This document shows, in pieces, positions 18,091 through 32,865 of a stretch of 64,000 bases of DNA. Location: the NCBI RefSeq assembly GCF_009914755.1, contig NC_060939.1; one strand, 5' to 3'. Each line of letters starts with the position of its first letter. Position 1 is the stretch's first letter. Source of the stretch: the human T2T-CHM13v2.0 reference genome, Homo sapiens. A program made the translations under genes and the position numbers. The notes under the pieces were generated by a model, which searched no databases, was not told the origin of the DNA, and saw nothing but the letters and a program-made list of their open reading frames with translations.

Positions 18091-19007
18091 GTGTTTGGGA
18101 AGCAACAAAGAGCGAGTCCCCTGCCCGGTGGTTTGCCATGTCGCTTTTGGGCCTCCTTCCCATGCCTGTCTCTGTTCAGATGTGCATTTCACCTGTGACA
18201 AAGGATGAAGAACACAGCATGTGCCAAGATTCTACTCTTGTCATTTTTAATATTACTGTCTTTATTCTTATTACTATTATTGTTCCCCTAAGTGGATTGG
18301 CTTTGTGCTTGGGGCTATTTGTGTGTATGCTGATGATCAAAACCTGTGCCAGGCTGAATTACAGTGAAATTTTGGTGAATGTGGGTAGTCATTCTTAAAA
18401 TTGCACTGCTGTTCCTGCTCCATGACTGGCTGTCTGCCTGTATTTTCGGGATTCTTTGACATTTGGTGGTACTTTATTCTTGCTGGGCATACTTTCTCTC
18501 TAGGAGGGAGCCTTGTGAGATCCTTCACAGGCAGTGCATGTGAAGCATGCTTTGCTGCTATGAAAATGAGCATCAGAGAGTGTACATCATGTTATTTTAT
18601 TATTATTATTTGCTTTTCATGTAGAACTCAGCAGTTGACATCCAAATCTAGCCAGAGCCCTTCACTGCCATGATAGCTGGGGCTTCACCAGTCTGTCTAC
18701 TGTGGTGATCTGTAGACTTCTGGTTGTATTTCTATATTTATTTTCAGTATACTGTGTGGGATACTTAGTGGTATGTCTCTTTAAGTTTTGATTAATGTTT
18801 CTTAAATGGAATTATTTTGAATGTCACAAATTGATCAAGATATTAAAATGTCGGATTTATCTTTCCCCATATCCAAGTACCAATGCTGTTGTAAACAACG
18901 TGTATAGTGCCTAAAATTGTATGAAAATCCTTTTAACCATTTTAACCTAGATGTTTAACAAATCTAATCTCTTATTCTAATAAATATACTATGAAATAAA
19001 AAAAAAA
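18091..19007 (+). other. MAP2K1: MAP2K1 3'UTR (end approximate)
   Basis: Follows the stop codon, U-rich, ends at tandem AATAAA signals followed by a GT/T-rich downstream element. Confidence 0.85.
18979..19000 (+). terminator. MAP2K1: MAP2K1 polyadenylation signals
   Basis: AATAAA at 18979-18984 and 18995-19000; downstream ttttgcttttgtggt. Confidence 0.8.
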
Positions 19008-20847
19008 GGATGAAAGCTACTTTTGCTTTTGTGGTAAGCTTTTCAGTTTCTTTAGTACACAAGAAATACTGGTTTAGCCAAGCAACACTGGTGAGGGGGA
19101 AAGGTGAAGATGAGGAGGAGGCTGGAAGGCAGAAACAGGACACCGAGTTCAGTGCTTTGGACTAATGGGGCTTCCTGTAATTTCAATCTCTGGACTCAGT
19201 CCAGCTCTTCTCACCCAACACCCTTATCTGTGACTCTTCCAACCACCTTCCTTGTGGGACCTGTGAATAGATCCTGTATATTCCTTTGATCTCTTTTATA
19301 CAAGGGAAAAGCAGCTGATGGGGGACTGGGAGCAAATCTGAGAAAAATGACAAAACATTTCTTATCTCACAGAACATTTCTCATTTTCCATATACCAATA
19401 GTTGAGCTGAGGGCCTGCCTGCACTTTTAGGCTGTCATGCTCATAGGAGGGCCTTGCTGGTGGCCAGCTTGCCTACCTGGTGTGGGAGCTTTCTGCACAA
19501 CATAGGACAGTCTGTCTCCTTTGCGACATTAAGCAATGGTTTCCCTTCTTTCACCACTTACACTTAACCACACCTTCCTGGAAAGGAGGAATGTGCCTGG
19601 CGCTGGCTTTGTCATGCCTGTGAGGTGGCAGTGATGTCACAAAGCCATTGGGAACTTCTTTTAGGTACATTTGAGGCTGCTGGTCAATACCTCTCCGCTC
19701 ATTATTTTCTTTGAAAGGGCAGGTTACAGAAACTAAAGCCAACATATATATTTATAAATAAAAGGCCCATTCCTTTTTAGATTAAAAACAAAACTTGGGT
19801 AAATAATCTTCTAAGTAGGTAGTCCAATCTAGAGGTACCAGAGCTTGGGATATTGCCAGGATTTTAAAAAAATGATCAGTGTTGTATATACTGCTGCCTA
19901 AGCTAGTCAACTTTTTTTTCTCTCACTGTGAAGTATAGCTTTTCTAAGTCAACAGTTTAACTTATACATTTTCAACATATAAACATTTAGGCTGGGTTTT
20001 AACATTTACACTGTGTGTCTTTTACAAATGACAGGATACCACCACTACTGAGAATGTTTCATTAAAATGAGAATACTACATCCTTAGAAGAAATGTTATA
20101 ACCTGGTATCTAAAACCTAGATCTGACCACTTTCATGCTCAGTGTCTTTTGAGGGGTGTTTAGATTTTTTTTTTTTAATTTTTAGCCAAGAATTATGATC
20201 CCCGCATGAATCTTGCAGTGTTTTGAGCTCCCAATGCCAGATTCTTACTGAGATACCAATGATAGTTGGATTTTTAAATGATCTCATTAGCACCTCATAG
20301 CAACCTGTGAAACTGCTAGAGCAGATGTGAGTATCTTCACCTTACAGATGGGAACGTGAGTTGCAAAGAGGTGAGAAGACAAGTGACCAGTTTGTGGTAG
20401 AGCTGGAATTCATAGTCAAGTTTTCCAGCTTTTAAAACTCATGCTCATATTTTAAATTAGACCCCCAAAATTTATGTACCTTGATGCTTTTTGTTCCCAA
20501 ACTGTCTTCCCATTGTGTGTTCTAAGGAACATGCTCATTTAAACTTCTGGCTGTTTCCTCTAAAAGCAGCTCAAAATAACTTCAATGAAATGTGGATTAA
20601 CAAAAAAAGTATTCTTTGTTTTCTTTGGGAACTGTTACATAAGTTCTGCTTGACATGATTCTTTGTGTTTTGTTTGGCTTTTACTGTTGCTTGGGCAGGG
20701 GAAATTAATTTTATAAAATTAAGCAACTACTTATTTCATGGTAGTCAGTGGAAAAGGGACAGTATGCAGAAATGAACCTCAACTTCAGATACTAAGTAAA
20801 AACTCTTATTCTGTAACTGTCATCTGTTAACAAAAATCCAGTCTTCC

Positions 20848-21210
<363 letters not shown>

Positions 21211-21307
21211 TCAAACCATCCTGTTGTATCTTTTCCTCAGAGAAGGAACTGCTGCTTCTCTCTGTCGCTATCTAGAAACCAGCAGGCTCCATGATGGCTA
21301 CTTATAA

Positions 21308-21313
21308 TTTATT
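21308..21313 (-). terminator. SNAPC5: Candidate SNAPC5 polyadenylation signal
   Basis: AATAAA on minus strand about 600 nt after the stop; ATTAAA also at 21520-21525. Confidence 0.5.
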
Positions 21314-21909
21314 TATAAAACATTTTACCAGTGAGTGATGTCTCAAGTGAGAGGTGGTAACAGATACACAAAGCAGTTTATAGCATGCAATATTTCAATG
21401 CCTCTGAGAGGTAGAAACAGCTTGTGCTCTCAGATGGCCCTCAGTCCTTCCCCTTGTCATCTTTCTGTCCTAGACTGTGTCCTAACTGCTCACAAGGGTT
21501 CAGCGGCATGCAAACAGTCTTTAATTGGTTTTCTTCAAAGAGGCATTGTTGACTGGAAAGACTGGCTTGTATTTAAACTCTGCTCTTTTTGCAAATGACA
21601 GACTTTCTCAACAGTATTTCAGAGGAAATTTTGTTCTGAACAGTTAACTGAATCTGACCAGATTACAGACAGCACCACCCATATTACTCAATGCTAAGAC
21701 ACAGCATCTTTGATTTTCTGTATGTCATAACATTCTGAAGCTTGAGTTACCGATGGAGCCATTTTTGCAACTACACATCCTCCTTATAGTTCTTGCTTTC
21801 CTTTCAAGCAGATCACAGGGCCCAGGGCAAGATGATTTCCTTGAGGAGAAGTAGCCTGAGCCTTAGAAATGCAATTTGTATAACTGACCAGCCTGGCTTT
21901 CCCCCTCCT

Positions 21910-22026
21910 TTAGGAATCTGATTCTTCTTCCTCTTCCTCCTCCTCCTCTTCCGTCACATGACTCTTTGTGCTCAGCTCCAGGGTTGTTTGGTTGATTGAT
22001 GCTTCATTGTCTACATGCACCAACAT
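21910..22026 (-). CDS. SNAPC5: SNAPC5 (SNAP19) last coding exon
   Basis: acag|ATG...TCC TAA on minus strand; MLVHVDNEASINQTTLELSTKSHVTEEEEEEEEEESDS*. Confidence 0.97.
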   Translation of the reverse strand: MLVHVDNEASINQTTLELSTKSHVTEEEEEEEEEESDS

Positions 22027-22803
22027 CTGTATTGGCCAAGGGCATCACAGATTAGCAGGAAAGATGCTGGCCTCAAAACAGCAAATTCTTAAAAATGACT
22101 TAAAATCAGATCTCAATTGCATATCTATCCCCAGTACTTATGACTAAGAGGTATGGCCACTTTCCTTTTATACCCCCACCTCCATTACCAAAATGGGGCA
22201 ACAGTAAATGCCCCAGATTCAGTAGAATGTTACCTCATTTACAAACATTATTACACAAAGCTCCATAAGATTTGTGCCAACTTACATGTGCTGCTGTATC
22301 ATGGTTTTAAATGTCTTAACACACAAAATCTGGGAGAACTGCTCAAATATTGTGTACTTAGATTTTGCTGACTTACTTGAGGGCATTTGGTAAGAGATGA
22401 GTATGATGAGAACTGGAGCTCATCTTTTAGCACTGTGCCTTGTACTTGAAGCCACACTCTTGAATCTCAAGGTTACTTATTCACAAAAAATCAAGAGTTT
22501 TGACATCGTCCTACAAAAATCTCCACTCTCCCCCGGGTTCATCTGAGTAACTAGACAGAATGGATGACGAGGAGGATGGAGGTAAAACATTAGTAACTAC
22601 TTAATTAATTAGTGTATAACTAGCTGGTAGGAAGGTGGTTAATGGAGAGTTGCCACCTTATTAAACCAGAAAACTGTTATCAGCACTTCTCAGAGCCCTT
22701 TGGGCTAGGTAATGTGATTTACAACAGTTCTTCACCACCCAAGCAGCATGGGAGCAGAGCAGACTTTGCATTCTCTCCTAGGCCTGCACTTGATTAAGCT
22801 TAC

Positions 22804-22893
22804 ATCATGTGACTGTTCAGGTACAGTGTGAGAAGACAGCATCTCATCCCCTCTTCTAGAACTGATCATTGATTGGAGGGCTAATTCTTCAAC
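22804..22893 (-). CDS. SNAPC5: SNAPC5 exon 2
   Basis: ttctag|GTT...GAT|gtaagc; 90 nt, phase 0/0; VEELALQSMISSRRGDEMLSSHTVPEQSHD. Confidence 0.97.
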
Positions 22894-23414
22894 CTAGAAA
22901 AGAAGAGTTGAGGACACTTTTCCTTACTATTTCACTGGACTACTGATGTGGGTAAACTGCTGGGCACACTATGAAACATTTGCATCAAGAGAGGGAATGA
23001 AAACTATCTCTGTGTTGCTCTAGAGGGAAAGTTGAGGGGGTAGGCTCTTAGGTTTTCTCTCTTTTAAGGAGATGAGTAAAGAAAGACTCTAGCCCTTCTC
23101 CCCTGGGCTGAACAGGTGTTCTGGCTGAGTCATGGCTTCCACTTCTACAGACCTAGCAACTCAAAGTACAAGTGTGTCATTAAAACAGCCAGGTGTCATC
23201 TGATTCCTCAGAGAGAGAGATTCCCTGGACCTGAGGCTGTTACTCAGTAATGAGAACGTGAAGGAAAGAAGAATAGAAAACAGAGGTGTTTGCTGAAGCA
23301 TAAGGAAATCTGGGCTTTGGAGGTGGTCATCAATACACTCATTAAGTACTTGTAAGGGTACCGTGGCAATATAGAAACACAAATAAGTGGAGGGCATTAT
23401 GACTTCCCTAAGGA

Positions 23415-23537
23415 GGCCGGGCGCGGTGGCTCACGCCTGTAATCCCAGCACTTTGGGAGGCTGAGGCGGGCGGATCATGAGGTCAGGAGATCGAGAACAT
23501 CCTGGCTAACACTGTGAAACCCCGTCTCTACTAAAAG
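23415..23537 (+). mobile_element. 3'-truncated Alu (left arm only) with TSD
   Basis: GGCCGGGCGCGG...CTACTAAAA flanked by tatgacttccctaagga / tataacttccctaagga. Confidence 0.9.
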
Positions 23538-23657
23538 TATAACTTCCCTAAGGAAAAATGCTTATGATTTTGATATGTCACAGGTGTACAATACTTTTCC
23601 TTTTACAAAGGGCTTTGGTAATCCTCACCTCATATGGACTTAAAGTTTCTGAAAAAG

Positions 23658-23948
<291 letters not shown>

Positions 23949-23998
23949 ATTCTGAAAAGAATGCTGAGCAGGGATTAGCATAATAACCTCCCTGGGAC

Positions 23999-24550
<552 letters not shown>

Positions 24551-24979
24551 CTAAATCCCGACTCCTCCTCAAGGCCATGGCGTCAGTAACAAGAGCCACC
24601 GGAAGCTCCAGACGTTAGGACAAGTCTCTTCTCCCAGGGCCTCAGTTTCTTCCTTGGTAGCATGGGAGGATCTAGGAGTTCCTTCTGGCTTGGCAAAACT
24701 AGAGCATTTCAAGCGCCAAAACAAACTAGAAAACAGCAGCTCAGGAGGAAGGGGTCGGTGGCCAGAGGGGTCTAGGCGAGCCTTCGGGAGGGAGCACTTC
24801 CTCAGCGTGCTGTCTGAGGGCGATGAACATTTACAGGAAGCAGCAGGTAGGACTGCACTTGCCAAACACAGATCCCTGAGCCTCACCCTAGACTTGCGAG
24901 GTCACGATTCTGAAAGATAGGGCCTAAGAAGCGCACAGCAAACTCCCCAGGTGATTCAGATACCTGTTTGTTTGTAAAC

Positions 24980-25400
24980 CTCTAAATTGGCGCCACCACA
25001 GCTAGTGAGTAGCGGAGAACTGGCCGCAGCAGGTGGTCACCACAGAGGCCCAGGTTGGGGGGAAATGGTCGCTCGGGAGGAATGGAGGAGGGGCAGGAGA
25101 GGGCCGCGGGGTCACCTTGAGGCGGTTCAGCTGGTCGTGCAGGGCTGCCTTCAACCGCAGCAGCGTCTCCTCCTCCTTGCGCAGTTCCTGAAGCCGGCTC
25201 AGCATGTTGCCTGGTCACATAGCCAACCTCCGGGCTGCTGTCGGCCCGGCACTCGGTGATGACGCCATCGCCGCCGACTCCCGGAAACCGAGCGGGGAGG
25301 CGGGGCTGCCCGACACATTGAGGAAAGGCGAGGAGTGCGCCCCCTTCCGGCGCCCGCCGTAGCCTGGCCACTCCGCGGGGGACGAGCTGCAGGAAGGGGT
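24980..25400. promoter_or_regulatory. SNAPC5: SNAPC5 CpG-island promoter
   Basis: High GC/CpG density around exon 1, GC box GGGGAGGCGGGG and ETS-like CCGGAA motifs. Confidence 0.8.
25116..25205 (-). CDS. SNAPC5: SNAPC5 exon 1 coding part
   Basis: ATG at 25205; MLSRLQELRKEEETLLRLKAALHDQLNRLK|gtgacc; 98 aa in total with exons 2-3. Confidence 0.97.
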
Positions 25401-26091
25401 ACAGCCTGTGTCAAAACACCTTGATTCATGAGTAATGATCAGGATTTTGAAATTAGATCCATGGAGCTGTAAAGAACCTGAAGAAATCTTGGGTTTGGCT
25501 ATCCTTTAATCCGATAGGCCATTTGCGCACCAAGTGGTCAAACACCGTTTCAAATGACCGGGTGAACAGCACTTCCAATGTGGTGTGCCACCAAGTGGCT
25601 ATCTTTAACCCCACAAAACTTGCACATGTGTTTGAAGGCAGGCACCAAATCAGTAGCACATGAACTCTACTGTGTTAAGAGGCCCTGCAGGGTAGGACTC
25701 ACAGTGGACTTTAAAGGGGTAAGGCTGCACAAAATAGAGAAATAAAGAGCATGAAAATAAAGCCGTGCTAAGAAACGACGTGCTTAAGAACTGAGATTTG
25801 GCCCTGGAAATGGGGAGGGTTAACAGATCACCTTGGCTGTGAACTGAGACTGTCTTGACAGTTCGAGACTGTCAGAGAGAAGCTGACAGTTTAACAATCC
25901 AGATGCAAAACAAGACTTTTGACACAGGACAAGAGGTTAATTCTAGGGTAATATTTGCAGTTTAGCTTTATGGGTAAAAAAAAACACCCTTATATCTGGA
26001 GGCATTTCATGGGTACTTCTTTTGAACACAGTTGGTTAACATAATCACCAAGACACACAGGCAGTCCTGAAAAATGCTTCTGGTACTTTTC

Positions 26092-26362
26092 AGAGAGTCT
26101 TGCTCTGACGCCCAGGCTGGAGGGCAATGGTACAATCTTGGCTCATTGCAACCTCCACCTCCCAGGTTCAAGTGATTCTCTTGCCTCAGCCTCCAAGTAG
26201 CTGGGGTTACAGGCATGCACCATGACTGGCTATTTTTTATATTTTCAGTAGAGACGAGATTTCATCATGTTGACCAGGCTGGTCTTGAACTCATTGGCTC
26301 AAGTGCTCTGCCCACCTTAGGGTCCCAAAGTGTTGGGATTACAGATGTGGGCCAGTGTGGCC
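26092..26362 (-). mobile_element. Alu
   Basis: Reverse Alu between RPL4 and SNAPC5. Confidence 0.85.
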
Positions 26363-26819
26363 TTCTGGCACTTTTTCAAACCATGGGTGAAAATACTCAA
26401 CTCTATTGTTATAGCTGGTTAAAAAGAACACTTCTCAAGAGGTAATCAATTTTACTGCAGTACCAAAAAAATTGTGCTCTCCAGTTGTGCCCTCTTGTGG
26501 TTAAAGTTAAATCTTTACAGAATTTAACCTATTTTCCATCTGGTGGGGAGCTAAACTTGAACAGCCTCTGCGTTTCTGACCAAGTCCTGTTACACCTATT
26601 TTTCAAGCCACATTATTTAGAAAACCACAACTTTTTTTAAATCATTCCCCTTCCACTGAACTCCATGGACTTAGTATAAATCCATGCCCCATTTTATACC
26701 ACACTATATAAAATGTAACAGTCTAAATTATGGCCAACAAAATGTCACTTTAAAAAAATTCTAACCAAGCTTTACAGAGCACACCAAGTCATGTTTCTCA
26801 CTGCCTGTATAATCAGGTC

Positions 26820-26825
26820 TTTATT
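26820..26825 (-). terminator. RPL4: RPL4 polyadenylation signal
   Basis: AATAAA on minus strand about 55 nt after the stop codon. Confidence 0.85.
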
Positions 26826-26880
26826 CAAAAGAAGCTGTCCAAAATGATTTGACCTTTATGGAATAATCAAATTTAAGAGT

Positions 26881-27183
<303 letters not shown>

Positions 27184-27215
27184 TCAGGAAGAGAAAAACA
27201 AAAACAAAACAAACC

Positions 27216-27757
<542 letters not shown>

Positions 27758-27765
27758 TCACTTTA

Positions 27766-27888
<123 letters not shown>

Positions 27889-27972
27889 TCAACCAAAGAA
27901 CAGGAAGCTCAACTGAAGCTTTATTTTTAGCCACTATGCTCTCCAAAATATCTACTACACTATCACTTCTCA

Positions 27973-28296
<324 letters not shown>

Positions 28297-28421
28297 TCAT
28301 TTTGGCATACTGTTGCTGCACATAAGGGGAAATGGGAATAAATTTAGAAAACATGTAAGCCAATTCTGAATGTTAATATCCACAATATAAACATCTGTGC
28401 TTAGTATATGAAAGATACTTA

Positions 28422-28634
<213 letters not shown>

Positions 28635-28725
28635 TCATCTTTATGGCTTAAGAGCTATAAAAGGTACCTGAGAACTTATTAATTGTGAAGTTTCAACCAT
28701 CAATGGTGCAACTCTTTCAGCCATA

Positions 28726-28792
28726 AATCAGAACTTCCACAAAATCATTTGTTTCAGAAACACGGACCTTAAGTGGAATCTCATCATAACAA
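28726..28792 (-). ncRNA. SNORD18C: C/D box snoRNA U18C in RPL4 intron 6
   Basis: C box ATGATGA, guide GGTCCGTGTTT before D' CTGA, C' ATGATT, D box CTGA; paralogous to the two other copies. Confidence 0.95.
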
Positions 28793-28843
28793 AAGCTGAG
28801 TAGACTTGCAGAGTATACCTAGTCAATATATGTAAGCAGTTTA

Positions 28844-28978
<135 letters not shown>

Positions 28979-29180
28979 CTACAAAGTGAGCAGTTTTAGT
29001 ATTCTGATTAAGATAGAATCTCTGCAATAGATCTTCAGAGTTTTAATTCCTTTTTACAGATGATTAAACTGGGCACAATAACTTGCCAAGGTTACACAGA
29101 GCCATAAACAGCAGTTAGGATTCAAACCCAAGTAATCGGGCTCTGAGGTTCTTGTTCTCTCACACATTAAGGCTTAGCTA

Positions 29181-29414
<234 letters not shown>

Positions 29415-29495
29415 TTATCCTGAAACTTTTGGAGAAAAAAAAAAAATCAAACATTTTATACAACCAATAAAAGCAAAATGGTATTCCATTTGCCA

Positions 29496-29565
29496 AGTCA
29501 GAATTTCCACAAATATCATGTGTTTCAGAAACACGGACCAATTAAGTGGAATCTCATCATTTTGA
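29496..29565 (-). ncRNA. SNORD18B: C/D box snoRNA U18B in RPL4 intron 4
   Basis: ATGATGA...GGTCCGTGTTTCTGA...ATGATA...CTGA, 70 nt. Confidence 0.95.
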
Positions 29566-30080
29566 CAGTTAAATAAAAATGCGATGGGTACGCAACAGGC
29601 AAGTTTAAGTTGGAAGTTTTCTAAGGATATACTAAACTACTACTTGAATAGTTCCCCAGTTACGCTAGTATTCCCTGATTGATTTGTCAGATTTAAGTAG
29701 TCAGACCTAGTATTTAGTAAAGGATTAAAATTTAATCAGACACTTCAGAATGAAAAGAATGTGCAATTTTAACAAAGGTTCACGTGAAAGAAAAAGTGGG
29801 GCATTTTGTATCACTGATACGAAATATTTTTGATTAAAAAACTTTTAAACCGGTATGTAACATGTATTTCTGGAGTACATTTGATAACTGAATGCACTCA
29901 TTTGTCAAGATCAAATCAGTGTAACTGGAATATCCATGAACTAAAATATTTTATGCTAAAAACATTCAAATTATTCTCTTCTAGCCATCTTGAAATGGGT
30001 TACTGTGAATAAAAATCACCCTAATGATCAAATAGTAGGTGTCTTATTTCTTCTATCAAACTCTCTTATATAAAGTATTA

Positions 30081-30672
<592 letters not shown>

Positions 30673-30718
30673 TCATCATACATACCAACCCATGACTATT
30701 ATGCATGGTAGCAAACAG

Positions 30719-30788
30719 CATCAGAACATCCGAGAAAATCATGTGGTTCAGAAACACGGACCAATGAAGTGGAATTTCATCACTACTG
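30719..30788 (-). ncRNA. SNORD18A: C/D box snoRNA U18A in RPL4 intron 2
   Basis: GTGATGA...GGTCCGTGTTTCTGA...ATGATT...CTGA, 70 nt. Confidence 0.95.
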
Positions 30789-30802
30789 TAAAGCAGTCCC
30801 TA

Positions 30803-31003
<201 letters not shown>

Positions 31004-32261
31004 CTAAAGAAAAAGACAAGGATTATTTTTATTGACAAGTAATGTTTGAAGCAAACTCTTCTCATACGCCAACAATACCATTAAATACTCAATTGCAGAA
31101 GAGACTGGTATGGTGGGGCAAACAACCCTTAAACCAAAATAGCAGTAAATGACTAGAACCCTTAGAATCTCAACCTCTACTGCACAATTTTATTTTCAAA
31201 AAGAATTGTTTATCATAAAACTTTCAAAGCAAGCCTTATAAAGCACAATAGCTAAATCAAAACCATATTGTAAGGTTTGGAGATGCTGTTTAATGCCAAT
31301 TAATCAGCAAATCCTGTCTACCCGGGCTCTACTCATCCCAACTTCCATCCCTGTCCCACTCACCCTCACCCTCTACTAAACACGTGTTTCCAAAGCTCAC
31401 CAGTGGAAAGACTGGTGATATTACTTTTTGTTTAAACCTCCAAGTCTTCCCAACTGTGAGTAAACTGAAAATCCTGAGGCTGACCTACACCATCTTCTCT
31501 ACTTCTGATCTCAACTCCCATACACTCTTCCAGATATTTTTCGGTCTCAGGACCACCCAGCACTTGCCTCAGACTTTCCAAGTGTTCACTCTAAAGCTCC
31601 TCTTTGCCAGCTTTCTCACATCCTTCAGGCCACTTTAAGCTTTCTCTGATCACTGTTTAAAGCCAAACCACTCCTATTCCCTATGTTTTCATCTCTTACT
31701 ACCATAGAATATTACTACGTATTTAGTCCAACGCAACTACCATCCCAGTCAGGACAGTGTCTGTTTTGTTCGCTTAACTCCCCCGGCACACAACACTACA
31801 TAGTATATACGAACACTATTTGTGGAAAAGCAGTACACATATAACACTGGTCTTATTACGAGTTGGCTAAGGATTCAAAGATTTTGATAACACCGAACAA
31901 TTTTTAGGCGAAGAGAACCAGAAAGCTTTTAATAGAAATGATTCCCAAGCTAGGCAGAGACAAGCATCCAGAAAAAGGCTAAATAAGCAAATATTCTAAC
32001 AGAAGGTCCCACTGCTCCTGAGAACGACCCAGTGCTTTCCACTACTGCTTCCCGGCGCGTCCTGTGCTGGGAACCCCACGTTGCCTCTAAGATGGCTGCC
32101 GTATCGCCGCACATCCCAGTTCCACACCAGAAAAAGACGCCTTTGGTCCTCATCTCCCTCTCCTCGCTCTATCTCCTACAGATTCTATGCTCCGAACCCC
32201 AAATCCTTCCTTACTGGCCCCGAGATACGGGGTAAGGCCAGCCAAGAGAACTTCCACTCAC

Positions 32262-32264
32262 CAT
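32262..32264 (-). CDS. RPL4: RPL4 exon 1 coding part (ATG only)
   Basis: tccgccATG|gtgagt; the ten exons sum to 1284 nt = 427 aa plus stop. Confidence 0.95.
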
Positions 32265-32313
32265 GGCGGAGAGAGGAGACAGCCACGCTCCTCTCAGCCC
32301 GGCTGCTGCCACA

Positions 32314-32324
32314 GGAAAAGGAAG
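32314..32324 (-). promoter_or_regulatory. RPL4: RPL4 5'TOP / TCT-type initiator
   Basis: Minus strand CTTCCTTTTCC pyrimidine tract about 55 nt upstream of the ATG, typical of ribosomal protein genes. Confidence 0.85.
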
Positions 32325-32800
32325 TGCTTACCACTCCCGCTGTATATGTCACCTTCCCCTTGACCGCCCCACCTTGCCCCGCCTAAGAACCAACACGGAT
32401 ACAAAAAATATCTCTCTACCACACTACAAAAGTAAAAACGAGAGTGTTATTTCTTTATTTGTGGGAAATTACGGTATCTATTTTCTTCCAAACGTAATAA
32501 TAATTCTTAGAAAATAGGGACTCCTTTTTGCGGAATAATCCATAGGGGGCGAGGCCAACTCTCGCGAGTCGAGGTATCTTCTCCCCAACCACTGCTCTTA
32601 TTTTAATTATTGCAGACGGAAGTTGAAAACTATTGACATAGTAAATAGCTCTGGGTGGCTTGAAACGAAAGTTTAACTTTGCGGACAAACAGGACTTATT
32701 GTAGGGGGTGGTCAAAATAGTCCCGGCGGGGCGGGGCCATGACCCCTGACGTCGCCGGTCCGGCGCGCAGTTCAGTTTGGCGGTTCCGGTACCGCTCTCA
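32325..32800. promoter_or_regulatory. Bidirectional RPL4/ZWILCH promoter
   Basis: Head-to-head ATGs about 550 nt apart; CpG-rich; TCTCGCGAGT, CGGAAGT, GGGGCGGGGC, TGACGTC and TTTGGCGG motifs. Confidence 0.88.
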
Positions 32801-32812
32801 CATTGGGGCGGG

Positions 32813-32865
32813 ATGTGGGAGCGGCTGAACTGCGCAGCAGAGGACTTTTATTCTCGTCTCCTTCA
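32813..32865 (+). CDS. ZWILCH: Zwilch kinetochore protein (RZZ complex) exon 1
   Basis: ATG...CA|gtgagt; MWERLNCAAEDFYSRLLQ. Confidence 0.95.

Noticed and set aside
24982-25371. Several overlapping GC-rich ORFs at SNAPC5 exon 1
   Set aside because: Stop-poor CpG island; only the 25205 frame splices into a recognisable protein
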